This document shows, piece after piece, positions 1-19,700 of a stretch of 64,000 nt of DNA. Numbering within the stretch: the first letter of the stretch is position 1; each line of letters begins with the position of its first letter. Source of the stretch: Bugula neritina (taxonomy: Eukaryota > Animalia > Bryozoa); contig OZ037765.1 in the NCBI GenBank assembly GCA_964035545.1, positions 4,412,698-4,476,697 on the forward strand, read 5' to 3'. A program made the position numbers and the translations under genes. The notes beneath the pieces are model-generated. The model was given only the letters and a program-made list of their open reading frames with translations. It was not told the DNA's origin and ran no database searches.

Positions 1-86
1 TTTCCTGAACATAATTGAATTGATATAAAAGTCATAAACTAAATAACATAAATTGATGATAACTTGATAACTGAATTTCTTTTTAG

Positions 87-3000
87 CACACGTTCTGCAA
101 GGTCTGTGTCCAGAAGAGCGTAAATGAGGTGTGTCCTATAGACATGAAACCCTCAAAGTACATAGTAGATAATATAGCACTGAGTGAACAGATTGGTGAA
201 CTCGTTGTACGTTGTAAGTACGGGTGTAAGAAATCTACCTCCCACCTAGGAGAGTATGTAGCTGACGAGAGTGGTTGTCCTGTCACTTTGAAAATATCTG
301 AGCGTTACAGTCATGAGAAGCACTGCGACTTCTCTATCATGTCTTGTCCAAATAGTCGAGACTGTCCACAGCTTCTTAGAAAGGTAAAGCTCACTATTAT
401 AAAAATCAGAACTCTACCCTACCTCTAACAAGTTATCACTGGAACTAGGGCTTTATTTTGAACAAGGAATTTTCACGATCTGCTCAGCTCATTTTTTCTA
501 CCAATATCTGATTTTATAAATTTTTAAGTTTCACAGTTTTCGAGGGAAAATGTTATTCTACAAATTTTTTTCCCAGTTCTAATGTTTTTTTTCTTGAGAT
601 TTCCTTTGCCGATCAACCATCATGTATTGCAATATAAATTCTACGTGGAGTGAAGTTTGGTTCTTTAACCAGAGTAGTTATAGTGATGTTTCCTCACTTT
701 ATAACTCGGAGGCGTGTAAAGTTTCAACTACTTTGTTGTAGGATTTAGAGTCACACCTGCAGACTTGTACATACTTTGCGTGTCCTAATCAGAAAAATGG
801 GTGAGTGGATAATCAAACATCTGCATTTTGTATGCAGCACCTTGACAAGCGTACAAAGGTGTTTTTGATTCTTTTTAATCTTCCATCTGCCACTGTTTTT
901 TTAAAATTAGTTGTTGAAATTATAATATTTACCTCTATTGACAGATTAACAGCTTTGATCATCTCCAGAGTATTATAACCTCTACGAGATGACTCACTGC
1001 ACTATAAATGTAACTGCATGTATACAACTGATCTTATTTGTAGATTGTGAGTTCACAGTTTTAGTTTGAGCACTATTTGTCAATACATCAATACATATCG
1101 TGTTTGTTTATTCTGCAGATGCGACTTTGTTGGTTCTCGGCACAGTTTATCAGAGCACGTTGCTCTCTGTTCATACAACAGTCTCAAAGGAAGTTCTGAA
1201 GGTGAAAGCCGTCTAGACAAAATTAAACAGGAGAATAAGTCAGCCCGGGAAGACATCGACTTCCTGTTCACGTCTTTAAGAGGTCTCAACCAGAGATTCG
1301 AACAAATGGAAGCTGAAAAAGAAAAAATGGAAGCTGAACACGAAAGTATGGTTTTACTTTGATTATTTATTATCCTATCTTGAAAGGATTTTTTGTTTTC
1401 AATTTATTATAGTGCTGCTGATTCTATGAATTTATAAGTTTATCTAAAAAGCCTTTCAATCTTTGAAATCATGTCAATATAACTTCATATTTCTAAAGAA
1501 AATCTTTGTCTAAATTTTGATGCTAGTTATTGGTCAAATAAGTAACCAAGTTTGTATTTGATATGCAGCAAAAGCTTTTCACTATTTTTTTTAATAAAAT
1601 CATTATTTTGGATATTCTCAAAACTTAGTGTTGCTTTTCAATAAACATATCTTAATTATATAATAAAATGCTGTTTGGACATCTTTTGTTACATATTTTT
1701 CATTATTGTTGCACCTTTGAGTTGAATGTTTTAATTATTTTTTATGTTGAATTGTGCTGTCATTATATATCTCAGTAATTGTATTCTAGAGCTAATAGAT
1801 CATGTGAACAAAATGGCATCAGCCCTAGATGAAGCTCACAAAGAGATCATTATGGGGAGAAACGAAAGACAAGTGATAATGGTATAATACTTACCATGGA
1901 ATACCATGTTGTGATACCTATAGGCAACTCCCTGAATCATCATGATTAATACCCAAGTTTGCTTTCAGCCTAAAACTAAAACTGTTTTGGATTTCAGATT
2001 TTCAATGATCATTCAGGTCTTTTCTTATTTTCGTAAAATTCTCTCTAGCTATGTAATGAAATTAGTCTGTGGTTCTGGTAGGAAGAGCTGGAGCAATTGA
2101 AAAGAGTGTCGCAGCAAATGCCCGCCATCGGACCCTACGATCCAGAGACTATCATCAAGTGTAAAGGGACGTGTGTGGGTCATGACGGACCAGTTTGGTG
2201 TCTGGCTGCAGACAATGACTTCCTATTTAGCGGCTCGTCAGATAATCACGTCAGGGTATGGAACTTAAGCTAAATCACTTTTCCATTAAAATTTATAGAA
2301 ACCTGATATGCTGAAATTTGTTTTGAAAATGAATAAGTTTTGCAGCTCACTTTTTGGATTCCTAAAAGTGATTAGACAAAGTATGTTTGACATTGACCTT
2401 GTTTTTTATATGAATAAGTAAAGTAAACTTATATTTCGGATATCACTGTGTCCGTCTTCAGAGTTAATTGAATAAAATTTAAAAGTTAGAACGTTGGGTG
2501 AAGGTTATCTGTTATAGATTAAACAAATGAAAATAAAAATATCTTGAAATATTACATAAATAAATAGTATATATTGCTTTATTTACACAAGAATCAATCA
2601 ATGTTTGAATATATTGTATATATTCAGCTGTACTAACTGCTCTATACATACAGACCTATACAGTAGTAAATAGCATGCACATCCTGTAGGTGTGGGACAC
2701 AAGCTGTAACTACAAGTGTGTGAAGACACTGGCTGGTCACTGTGGCATAGTCCTTGCCCTCACAGTCAATGGTAATAGACTCTACTCCGGGTCTCAGGAC
2801 ACTAAGATTATGATCTGGGACATAGACAACAACTTTGAGTTGGTGGATACCCTCGACGCCCACGATAACCCCGTGTGTACTCTCGCTACCTCTAGGGCTA
2901 TGATATTCAGTGGCAGTCTCAAAACAGTCAAGGTGCGTCTCTCAGCTAATATAGCCTTAGGTTTTATGTACAAGAGGGAAAACAGGTTTGTTGTTTTTCT

Positions 3001-4956
3001 GTTAAAACTTAGCTTCATAGAAAGTCATCAACCAGAGATATTGTTCACACAGTAATGCTATATTTAAAAATCTCACCCAAGTTTATAGTCACTGAGAAAC
3101 CCATGATAAAAAGGTTTTTTTTTCAAACCGAGCTAAGGACTTATTTAAATGTGACACAGGAGCAATTATGACTGGATGCTCTTCCTAACATCACCAATGG
3201 CCTTCGTAGGTGTTCGAACCCATGACTTCGGGTTTACTAAGCAAACGCTTTAACCCCTAGATTACAGCTATTCCCTAGTAATATTATATTCAATAATATT
3301 ATGTCAATATTCGTAAATAACCACTATTGTGTCAAATAGACTTATTTAATATGTGATGTGTTCAAGCATCTTTCACACAATTTGTGTTTGCGCAGGTCTG
3401 GTCTTTCCTCTCTGGTAAGCACGTGATGAAGAAAGAGATCTCTGGGTTCAACCACTGGGTTAGAGCTTTGTATGCTACTGATAGAGAACTATACTGTGGA
3501 TCATACCAAACTATAGAGGTACAGCTTTGCTAGTTTCATAAGTATAGCATCATTATATTATAGTATCATTATATTATAGTATCATTATATTATAGTATCA
3601 TTATATTATAGTATCATTATATTGTAGTATCATTATATTGTAGTATCATTATATTATATTATCATTATATTATAGTATCATTCTATTATATTATCATTAT
3701 ATTATAGTATCATTATATTGTAGTATCATTATATTGTAGTATCATTATATTATAGTGCTCACCACTCTGTGTATGACCTATATATGACCTATATATAACC
3801 TCTATATGACATCTCTATGACCCAAATATGATAATTAGTTTGCTATTGCAGATAAATATTATATTGTATATAATTTACATTGCAGATATATAACCTGGAT
3901 ACATTTGAAATCACCACCACGCTGAAAACGTATGGTGGCAGTGTGTACTCCATCACTGTGACTGACAAGTACATTCTGTGTGGAACATATGAGAAAGTTA
4001 TACATGTAAGTCACTATAACCGAGACCTGGTCTGTGGCTTTGTGAGGATCTGTATATCTGCTGTTCTTTCTTGCCAGTACTTTGGCAGATTCAGTTGTCT
4101 GGTTTATTCCCTCAGGTGTGGGAGCTGTCTACCATGGAACAAGTGACAACTCTGCAAGGACATAACGGCACGGTGTATGCACTCACCTGGATGCAGAGTC
4201 CCGGCGGTATTCTCGTGTTTAGTGCGTCTTACGACAGGACCATCCGAGTGAGTTATTTGTGATATTGACTCTAGTGTAGTAGTGATGTTCTGATTGGTGG
4301 TAGTGATGTACTGGGCATGGCTATTGGTAGAGATGTGTAGTAAATAGTTGCCATGGTAACTGCAACCAAGTATAGCCAGTTTGAACTAATGTGGGAACAG
4401 ACACGAGACATGATGCAGATATGTGGTATAAAATATAAAGTGTTGAATATTTACTCAGTTTACCTTTATTCGAAAAGCTATTATAACTAAATTGTGGTGG
4501 TTAAATAGTATAAATACAAATTTCGTTCAAATAACAGGGAATAGAGAATATTTATATGTTGGTAGAGCACAAAGTTGTGCCTCTTCTAGTCTATGCATGT
4601 GTAACTGATAGACAAGTTAGATTTCAAAGACTTACGGAACCTTCTAGTATCTAATATAATAGACTTATGGAACCTTCTAGTATCTAATATAAAAGACCTG
4701 CGGGACTCTGTTTTAGGTTTGGAGTCAGAACAACATGATCTGTAAGCAGACGCTCCTTCGACACGGGGGAAGTGTGGCGTGTCTGGTAGTTGTCAAGGGG
4801 AGATTATTCTCTGGAGGTATTGACAGCATGGTGAAGGTAACTAGTTGCGGTACTCTAGAAGCTTCTTTCAACTCTGCACGATGTTTCTATTAAACTAATG
4901 TGTTGTTCATCAAGTGTATTGCTCTATCTGGTGTTTCCTCGTAGGTTTGGCAGTGA
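87..4956 (+). CDS. TRAF7: E3 ubiquitin ligase TRAF7 (RING + TRAF-type zinc finger + coiled coil + WD40 repeats); 5' end outside the window
   Basis: In-frame GT-AG exons 87-383, 742-800, 1119-1345, 1790-1881, 2082-2255, 2690-2932, 3396-3518, 3886-4005, 4116-4247, 4717-4836, 4945-4956. Peptides: HTFCKVC...CPID (RING end), [74 protein letters not shown], ending VKVWQ*. Confidence 0.95.
3073..3275 (-). mobile_element. tRNA-derived SINE, copy 1 (TRAF7 intron)
   Basis: Reverse complement matches the copies at 22826, 30483 and 36414. Imperfect target-site duplication AGTAATGCTATATTTAA / AGTAATATTATATTCAA. Confidence 0.85.
3545..3756. repeat. 17-bp minisatellite (AGTATCATTATATTAT/GT) just after a TRAF7 splice donor
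   Basis: About 12 direct tandem units visible. Confidence 0.9.
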
Positions 4957-6132
4957 AGGTGAGATTGGCATGATAATGGAGCTGCTTTCATATGCGTATC
5001 AGTCAAGCTTTCGCAGGGAAGTTTCGAGAACCAAAGCAATATGCTGCATTTTGGAGGCTAATGATTGGCTAGCAATGCTATACTTCTGGTCTGCATATGC
5101 TATGTACTTGTTTAAAGTGGTATTATATATTGTACAAGGGTGGTTATTTCCTGGACAGACACTGATAAATAATATATTTTACTCGCTGTTAATATTTTAT
5201 GTAAAGTTTTCATATATGTGTACAGTAGTAGTGTTACTGATATAGTTATTAATGTTTCGGCTGAAATCTTAACTGCACACACTATTTCTGTATAGCTTTC
5301 TATACCTGCTTAAGTTTTTACTGAATCAAACTATTTTTATCGCTACATTTTATTGCTAATGCTATGAAGTCATACTGATTCAATTTTGATATGAAGCTGT
5401 GATACTCAATGTACACTTAACCTATTTAGGTTTCTGCTGTATTACCTTATTGATTGGGCTTGTTTTAAATGTGACAGTTTAATTTTTTTGCAAATATCAT
5501 TTTAATTGATCAGGTTTTACTATGAAATTTATCATTTCTATTGCATATATATACTTTTATATTTTATATTATAATATCATCAGATTATTTTGATATTTTG
5601 CTCTTCCAGAATGATGTTTATTTTATTTTTATTTTGTAGTTTAAATTACACACTGTATTAGTGCCCAGTATTAGCTTGTTCTGATTAATTGCATTTTAAA
5701 TTAAAGAGGCTAATGCAAGAATTGATTTTGTAGTATTTGACTCAATATATTTTAAACAATAAATAAAATTGAGAAATTATTAGCAAGTTAAGAATATACC
5801 ATCAACTTTTATTATGATGAGTAAAATGAAACATAACAATCTTGTGGTCAATAAATACATAAAATATAAAAATTCAATGTACATGCGCATATAATGCATG
5901 TACAATATAAGAAAAGTTAGCGAAACAATGCACATTTTTGGTGAAGAAAATACATAAACCGCAGAAACCATTTCACCAACTCAAAAAACTTAGCAACATT
6001 TCCTGCTCATCCTGTCCGATTATTTCAACTAACTTCGTTTTATAGAAACACATTTATGTACATAATAATATAGTTGAATAACTTTCGCTATATGCTGTGA
6101 TGTAATAAAATAAACTTATAGAGCATCGGTGT

Positions 6133-12585
<6,453 letters not shown>

Positions 12586-14149
12586 GTTGCTTATAACACT
12601 AGGAATCTACAATAAAACACAACACAACTAGTTAAAGTATTATTAGTAAATATATTATCACAATAGGTTCAGATTACTTTTAATACTTTGTAATATATTT
12701 TATTACATACAAAATAAACAATTTACATAGCCTCACTATATTTCAAGTATTGGCAAAATTATTGTGTTGGTAAAAATGATATGCAACTGCAGTAAACTTA
12801 TATATCAATTATGACATAGAATAATAATTAAAAAAAATTATACTGATTATGCAAGAAATGCTTGCAAACAAAACCAAGAAAGTTATTAGCTTTTATTCCT
12901 TCTGCATTTTCTGACATTAATTTTTTTATGATAATGTGACTTGACACAAATCTACACAGAATAAAATCACATAACACACTTGAAGAATACACTATTCCTA
13001 ATGCTACATATAGGTAATCTATTAAAACAACCAGCTGATGAAATAATACCCCGTTATTGTGATGTAAAAGTGTTATCATTTTACAACATTTAAATTTCTA
13101 TTAAATGCGCTTTAATTATATTTTCTATTTTTTAAAAATAAAAAGAATATTACATTTGCCATTTATGTTTATGTATAATCAAAATTAGTATGCATTATTG
13201 CTGCTCACACAAGTGCAATTTAACACATCAACACCCTTAGTATCAACATATAATCACTCCTATGTTCCATTAACAAACCATGCCAATGACTCAGAAAAGT
13301 AAGTTGTTAGCCAAAGTTAAAAGTCAAAGTCATAACAAGTCGAGTGAAACCATGGTTCAGATACAAACAAACTCAAGAGCAAGATGAGCAAATTAATGAC
13401 TTGTGTTGACCCAAGTCAACTTAAACTGATATGCAAATATTTTCTCAACTCAACATGTATATAATTTCTTGCTAAATATTGTATACAATTATTAGAAATT
13501 GATGGGTATGTATATGTTTTTTGTGTGTCTTAAACAAAAAGAATAAATTTAAAACATTAGGTCTAGCTATTTTACAAATAATATTCAATGCATAATTAAT
13601 ATTAGAATTAATGATAACTACCATGATGAAAACTAAAAACTACTGAATTTTAGCTCAAATTTTCTTAATAGTATTAAAGTTATAGTTGATTACAATTGTT
13701 GTTTCAATTTTAATAAACTATGTATTACTAATACATAGTTTATTAAAACTATAACATGGATATCAAAATAATCAAATAAAATTATTACTAAAACTAAAAG
13801 TGAAACTAAAAGTGAATAAATAAAAGACTGCATCAATCAATGCTTTAAATTTGGTTTGTATTTTTGATATTATTAATTTCTACATTTAAATAAAGATTAA
13901 AGTTTAGGTTTGATTTATCATTTATACTCATACTGATAGTGATACTCATAGTGATAGTCATAACTCATAACCATTGCCATAATGATAATTATTCATATTG
14001 ATATCATAATTCTAATGACGAAGTTGTGGTAGTTTTAAAGACTTTTTAAGGATTTATTTTTATTTTCATAAAATTTCTTCAACAATACAACTATTTACAA
14101 TAACTCAAGAGAATTTTTAGCGTTTCAAATGGATGAAATTTTATTTTAT

Positions 14150-14455
14150 TTAAATACATGGAGTGATATCCAGTGAGGGAGTGATAAATAAAAATGCTGT
14201 AAAAGTGATAGAATCTTGGTGCCTAGTTACTAGGTAACCAAGAACTGTAGGAAATATCGTGAAATAGCCAGTTCGTTAACAATAATGAGGCGACTATTTT
14301 TACGGCGATAGTTGACAGAGTATTCTTTATAAATAACATATTGGCAAGAGTTGTCTACCAAGTTTGCACGCATCCTGCACGCCTGCGTTAAATACAGGAA
14401 GCCACTTTGTTTTGATGCAATATCGTAGTGTGTAAATTTAGTTCAGCCCCCAAGT
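14150..14455. promoter_or_regulatory. Inferred bidirectional promoter for the C2orf81-like gene and WIPI2, with an RFX X-box
   Basis: CpG-containing stretch between divergent genes; X-box GTTACTAGGTAAC at 14226-14238; CAGGAAG (ETS-like) at ~14395; candidate plus-strand donor at 14453. Confidence 0.55.
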
Positions 14456-16739
14456 AAAAATAAGTTATATTGAAAAAACTACCATAATCACCATATGTTA
14501 AAGACTTTGCTGTTACTGCAAATAACTTCAGTAGAAATTCTGCATCGTCTTAGAATATGCACTCGTGTAAAACATGCATCTTTTAGAAAAATTCTGTCAA
14601 AATAAAAATGCACGCTATAAGTATAACATTTAGATTTTACTTTTACTTTTAGTGATTTACATAAAGTGTAAACTATAAACTTGAAGTATAAGTATAACTA
14701 TCACTTAAACTATAAGTATCAGTATGAATATCACTTTGGATGAGTGTCAGTATGAGTATGACTATAAGTATATCATTATGATTTGTGATTATGATATAAC
14801 TATACTTGTAGCTCGAATTTTGGTGAAAAAATTGTCTATAACTATAAGTAAAAGTCAAAGATGCATTATCATTATGATTGTCATTATCATTATGATAATG
14901 AGACATTTTGATAATGATTATCATTATCAATAAATTAAAATAATGTTTATAAAATATTATAACTCAGTATTAGTGTGACTATGAGTATCAGTATGATAGT
15001 CATAGTTATAGTATGACTATCACTATGAATTGCACTTACAGTTACTATGAGTATGAGTAACATGTTATCCATACTATTACGTATTAGTTTTACTAACACT
15101 CACAGTCACTGACAGTGGCTCACTCAAACTGTGGGCATTTATTAATATTTTTAAACATAAATTAAAATAGGCTGAGCGATTGGTAGCAGTTGTAACTAAT
15201 CACTATCAGTAATCACAATGTTATACTTATACAACTAAAAGTAAATATCAAGTTCAACAAGACAACAACTAACAGCCTGAATTCAAATTTTTCATTATGA
15301 TATTGAATTTGATTATCAACATGAAATAAACATGAAATTGAATATTTTTTGTTTAAAATTTTACAGTTACACTGCTGGTAATGTGCTGATGTTAATGTGT
15401 TTATCATTAAGTTTGAGAAGTGAAGTTGAATCTTCAAATTAATATGAATAGTCATAATGCAGTCAAAATTTTAATTTATTTTTTATTTCAATTATTAATT
15501 TAAACTTTATTTAAATCATAGATGATACTGATAGTCATAATGCAATTAAATATAATAAATTATAATTAAATTACAGTCATATACGGTATTCACAATGGCT
15601 GTGATAGTGATTATGATACTCATAATGCTTGTCTTATGTATTGTAATTGTCATTCTAATTTTACTATTGATCAATCTGTTATTAGTATGAATATGTAACA
15701 GTAACAAAAAGCGATGCAGATACATACAATATTGGTATGAGTATTAACAATAAAAGTAGAACCCAACAGGCACTAGCAGAATATTGTCAGTCTGACATCA
15801 AACATAAGGGGTTACGAATGCAAAACAAAATATCACCTTTGTTTCATTTTGATCTCAGCCAGTTCAGTCTGTGAAAAACCGCCAAAATTCAATTTCAGCC
15901 GATCTGCTCTAGTAGGTCTGTTCAGCTGGAACTCAGATTCATCTGAAGTCAATAAGGCCAGATTAATATGTCAGCTAGGTAGCAACTAGGTAGCAAAAAT
16001 AAGCTTTCTGTATGCTACTAGGTAAAGGTACTACTTATATGGTTGAAACTAATAATTTTAGTAGTTATATATTTTTATTTTCCCCAAAGATATTGACTAA
16101 TTTTTAGCAGCAGTTTATTGTATTCGTAGGTTGCTAAAAGATCACTTCATTTTTAAATTCAATTTAAATCCTAGTAGATCTTGCTTTCATTGGTTATTTG
16201 CTACCTAGCTTTAAACTTACCAAACCCGTTGGTTTATAAACAATCTGCAGCTATTAATTTTGCAGCTATACCACAAACCCTGACTTGTATATAAGCTGTT
16301 TAGAAAAAGATTTTCATAGATTACTTTACATGAAAAAAGCTTTGCTGCCTGCAGTTATCAATTGCTGGTATTTTTTAAACTACAGTAAACCTGTACACAA
16401 AGTAGCAAATTGGTAAACTAAATATACTGGCTAAATTTATTAAAGTACTTTTTACATAAGAGAATGCAGCTATGAAAGATTAAATTGATGGTGTAGTAAA
16501 AAAACAATCGCACAGAACACACACTTCTCAGGCTGAGATCCACGGAAAGACAATGAATGAAATAGAAACAACATTAAACTCATACACATTCGTTCTAAAT
16601 TATATTCAACTTTAAATTATATATTCTAGCAGTAGCAGTTTGCATGATATAATTGTCAAAGTTTAGCACCTGTTTTAGGTGGAATCTTACATGACACACA
16701 GCAGTTTTCTCAAGAATCACATCACGAAACTACTGCAGA

Positions 16740-19700
16740 ATGAATTTAGCTATAGCTGGGGCAGAGCCCAAGAAAATGATGTGTGTGGGATTCAATCAAG
16801 ATAACACGTCAGTTGCAACTTTTATATGTTTTCTATCACATTTGAATATTAAATACTATATAAGTGCAACGAAAAAGACTCCTGAATTGTGTCAAATGTA
16901 TTCAGCATTTGTGTCATGTTTTACTTATATAAATTTTTAAAGTACTTGACACTGATTTAATGGGCCTTCAGACAATAGTACCTCGCAATTCTAAGGACTG
17001 TTTTTTAAAAAGTTGCTTTTATAAGTATTAATGACAACTTTCTAATTTTGTAAAATGTGAAATTTTAAAAGAAAATTCATAGACACTACATAAGATGTTT
17101 ATACACAATTCAATTAGAATACTACTCAAACATATCTAATATTTCTCCAACTTTGGTAATTTGAAAGAAATCAGTTTTACTTTATCTTGTTCAGGGCCTT
17201 GATGTCTACCCCAGAATGATTAATCTCTTTTAGCTCTGTTGCTTTCTAATACATTGATAACATTATCACTATGATAATATTAACATTATATATATATGAT
17301 AATGTCATTATGATAATATTATCATTATATGATAATATTATCATTATATGATAATATTAGTATTTTATGATATTATCATTATATGATAACATCACTAGTA
17401 TACAGTCTATCTGGAAGCTGATCATCATTTACAGTCAGTCTCCACTATGATTGGCTTGTTTCAGGTCCTTGTCTGTGGGAACAGTAAATGGCTACCAACT
17501 GTTTTCTCTCACCTCCAAAGACCAACTTGAAACACTGCATACAAACTGTAAGTGTCTATTTACTCTTTACTTTACCTTCATCTGTGCTTTTTTGTAAAAA
17601 TATAACTATGCATCTTATATGCACTCTGCAGCCCCTGGTGTTACATAATAAGATAGTATAGTTTATAAGTTTTGTCATTGTAAAACTATTTTAATCCTTG
17701 TTTTCTCCTTTCTATATTTTATTTACAAAATAATTGGCTATTATAATATATCTAAACAAATCTTGGGTTGTCGCTGTTAATATAAGCCTTAGACATTTAA
17801 AATGAACTGAGATAATAGATAATCTTCTAGTAGTTGCACTTATTATGTATAATAATTCTATGTTAACAGGGTGTGTGTAGTCACTTATTCTCTGTATTTC
17901 AGTCACAGAAAAAGAAGCATGTATAGTCAGCAGGCTGTTCTCCAGCAGCCTTGTCGCAGTTGTCACTCTCTCTTCTCCACGGAAAGTGAAAATATGTCAC
18001 TTCAAAAAAGAATCAGAAATATGTAATTATAGCTTCTCGGACACCATTCTCTCAGTCAAATTGAACCGTCAGGTACAGAAATATAGCTCCATTGATGGTT
18101 TCTATGTAAATGAGAAATTGTCTTCTCAAATGAATGATGAGCTTTAAGATTTAAATGCAATTTAATGGCTTCTCATTACTATGCCACTATGTCACTCATT
18201 TGCAAAACAATAGAAACTAAAAGAAATGATATTAAAATATATTTACTTAGAGAGGTTGCAAAGTTGACTTTACTTTTGGAATACTTATTTTGCTGATAAA
18301 GCAAGTTCTACTTGTAGGCTATCAGGGTTGTCTACCCCATGTTGTAGTATAACAATAGAGATGGAAATTAAACTGCAGTTTCTGAAATATGTTTGGTTTT
18401 GATACGGTTTTCGAATGTGTTTCACTCAATAAGTTACACTACATCTAGATAAGCCGGAAATTTAGTTGGTTGCATTTAGTATAAGATCTTTTATATGAAA
18501 GCAGCATTTTCAACCAAGCCAATTTTGGTGTGGGAAAAAGCTGCCCATAAATCATAGATTTCTAAAAACAAGTGTTTAGTTCTTAGCCTTCCCCATTTGC
18601 TTAATTTTCTTACTTTTCCACCAGACAAAACAATTAGCTATTTATATATTTTAAATGTATGGCGAAAATTAGTCTTCAAAGACCATGTGATTATGGCAGA
18701 GATTTTATTATGGATTCAAGAGAACTGAGAGTTTGTATGTTATACCCTGATGAGTTGGTTTCTACCATGTAACTGTATGTTACAAAATCAGTTTGATTTT
18801 CTGCTCTCTAATAATCAAATCTTTCGCGTGATGTAATGTACAGAAATCTTCAACTGTTAGTCAAATTGAAAAATTCTAAAGCCAACCAGCTCAGTAAACT
18901 AAAACAGTTGAAAAATTTTAGACATAGTTTCTATTTCTATTCAAATGGTCCTAGTACACCCACCACCATTTTATTAAACCTAGCAATAGAATTTCTTCCT
19001 TAGTATAAAAACCTGAGTTGTAGCTTATGTATCCTGTTGCAGAGGCTAGTGGTTTGTTTGGAAGAGAACTTATATATTCATAATATAAAAGACATGAAAG
19101 TCATACACACAATTAGAGGCACGTCACCCAACCCCCTGGGGCTGTGTGATTTGTCCTACCAGGAGAGGTCGTATTTAGCCTACCCCGGCAGCAGTCAGGA
19201 TGGAACTCTGCAGATATTTGACACAGAGGCTCTCGTAAGTGATGCCGTGTGATGTTCCTACTATAGATTAGGTGCCAGCATTCTGTTGTGACGTATCAGC
19301 TATGCATGTTTTAGGGCAGTTATCAGGTAGAGTTGTCTATTTGCAGTCTACAAGAGCATTTTTGAAAATATAACAGATTTTTATTGCATTTACTGTATCA
19401 ACGTTTATGGCATAATTTTAGAACAAAATAAAAATTTTCTAGCACAAAAGTGGTACTTTATTGTTATGCTTGTTTATAGATTGCTGTATGTGTAAGTGGA
19501 AATTGTAGACTGTAAAATAAATAGAAAGTGATAAGAAATGTCGTAGAACTGTAGGCAGGCAACAAGACTTTTAAGATTGTCTTGTGATGTTTGTAGAAAC
19601 CTGTTGTGGTGATAGCAGCACATGATAATCCTCTGGCAGCGTTCTCTTTCAACCCTAACGGCAGTATGATAGCGACAGCTTCAGAAAAGGTATGTGGGTG

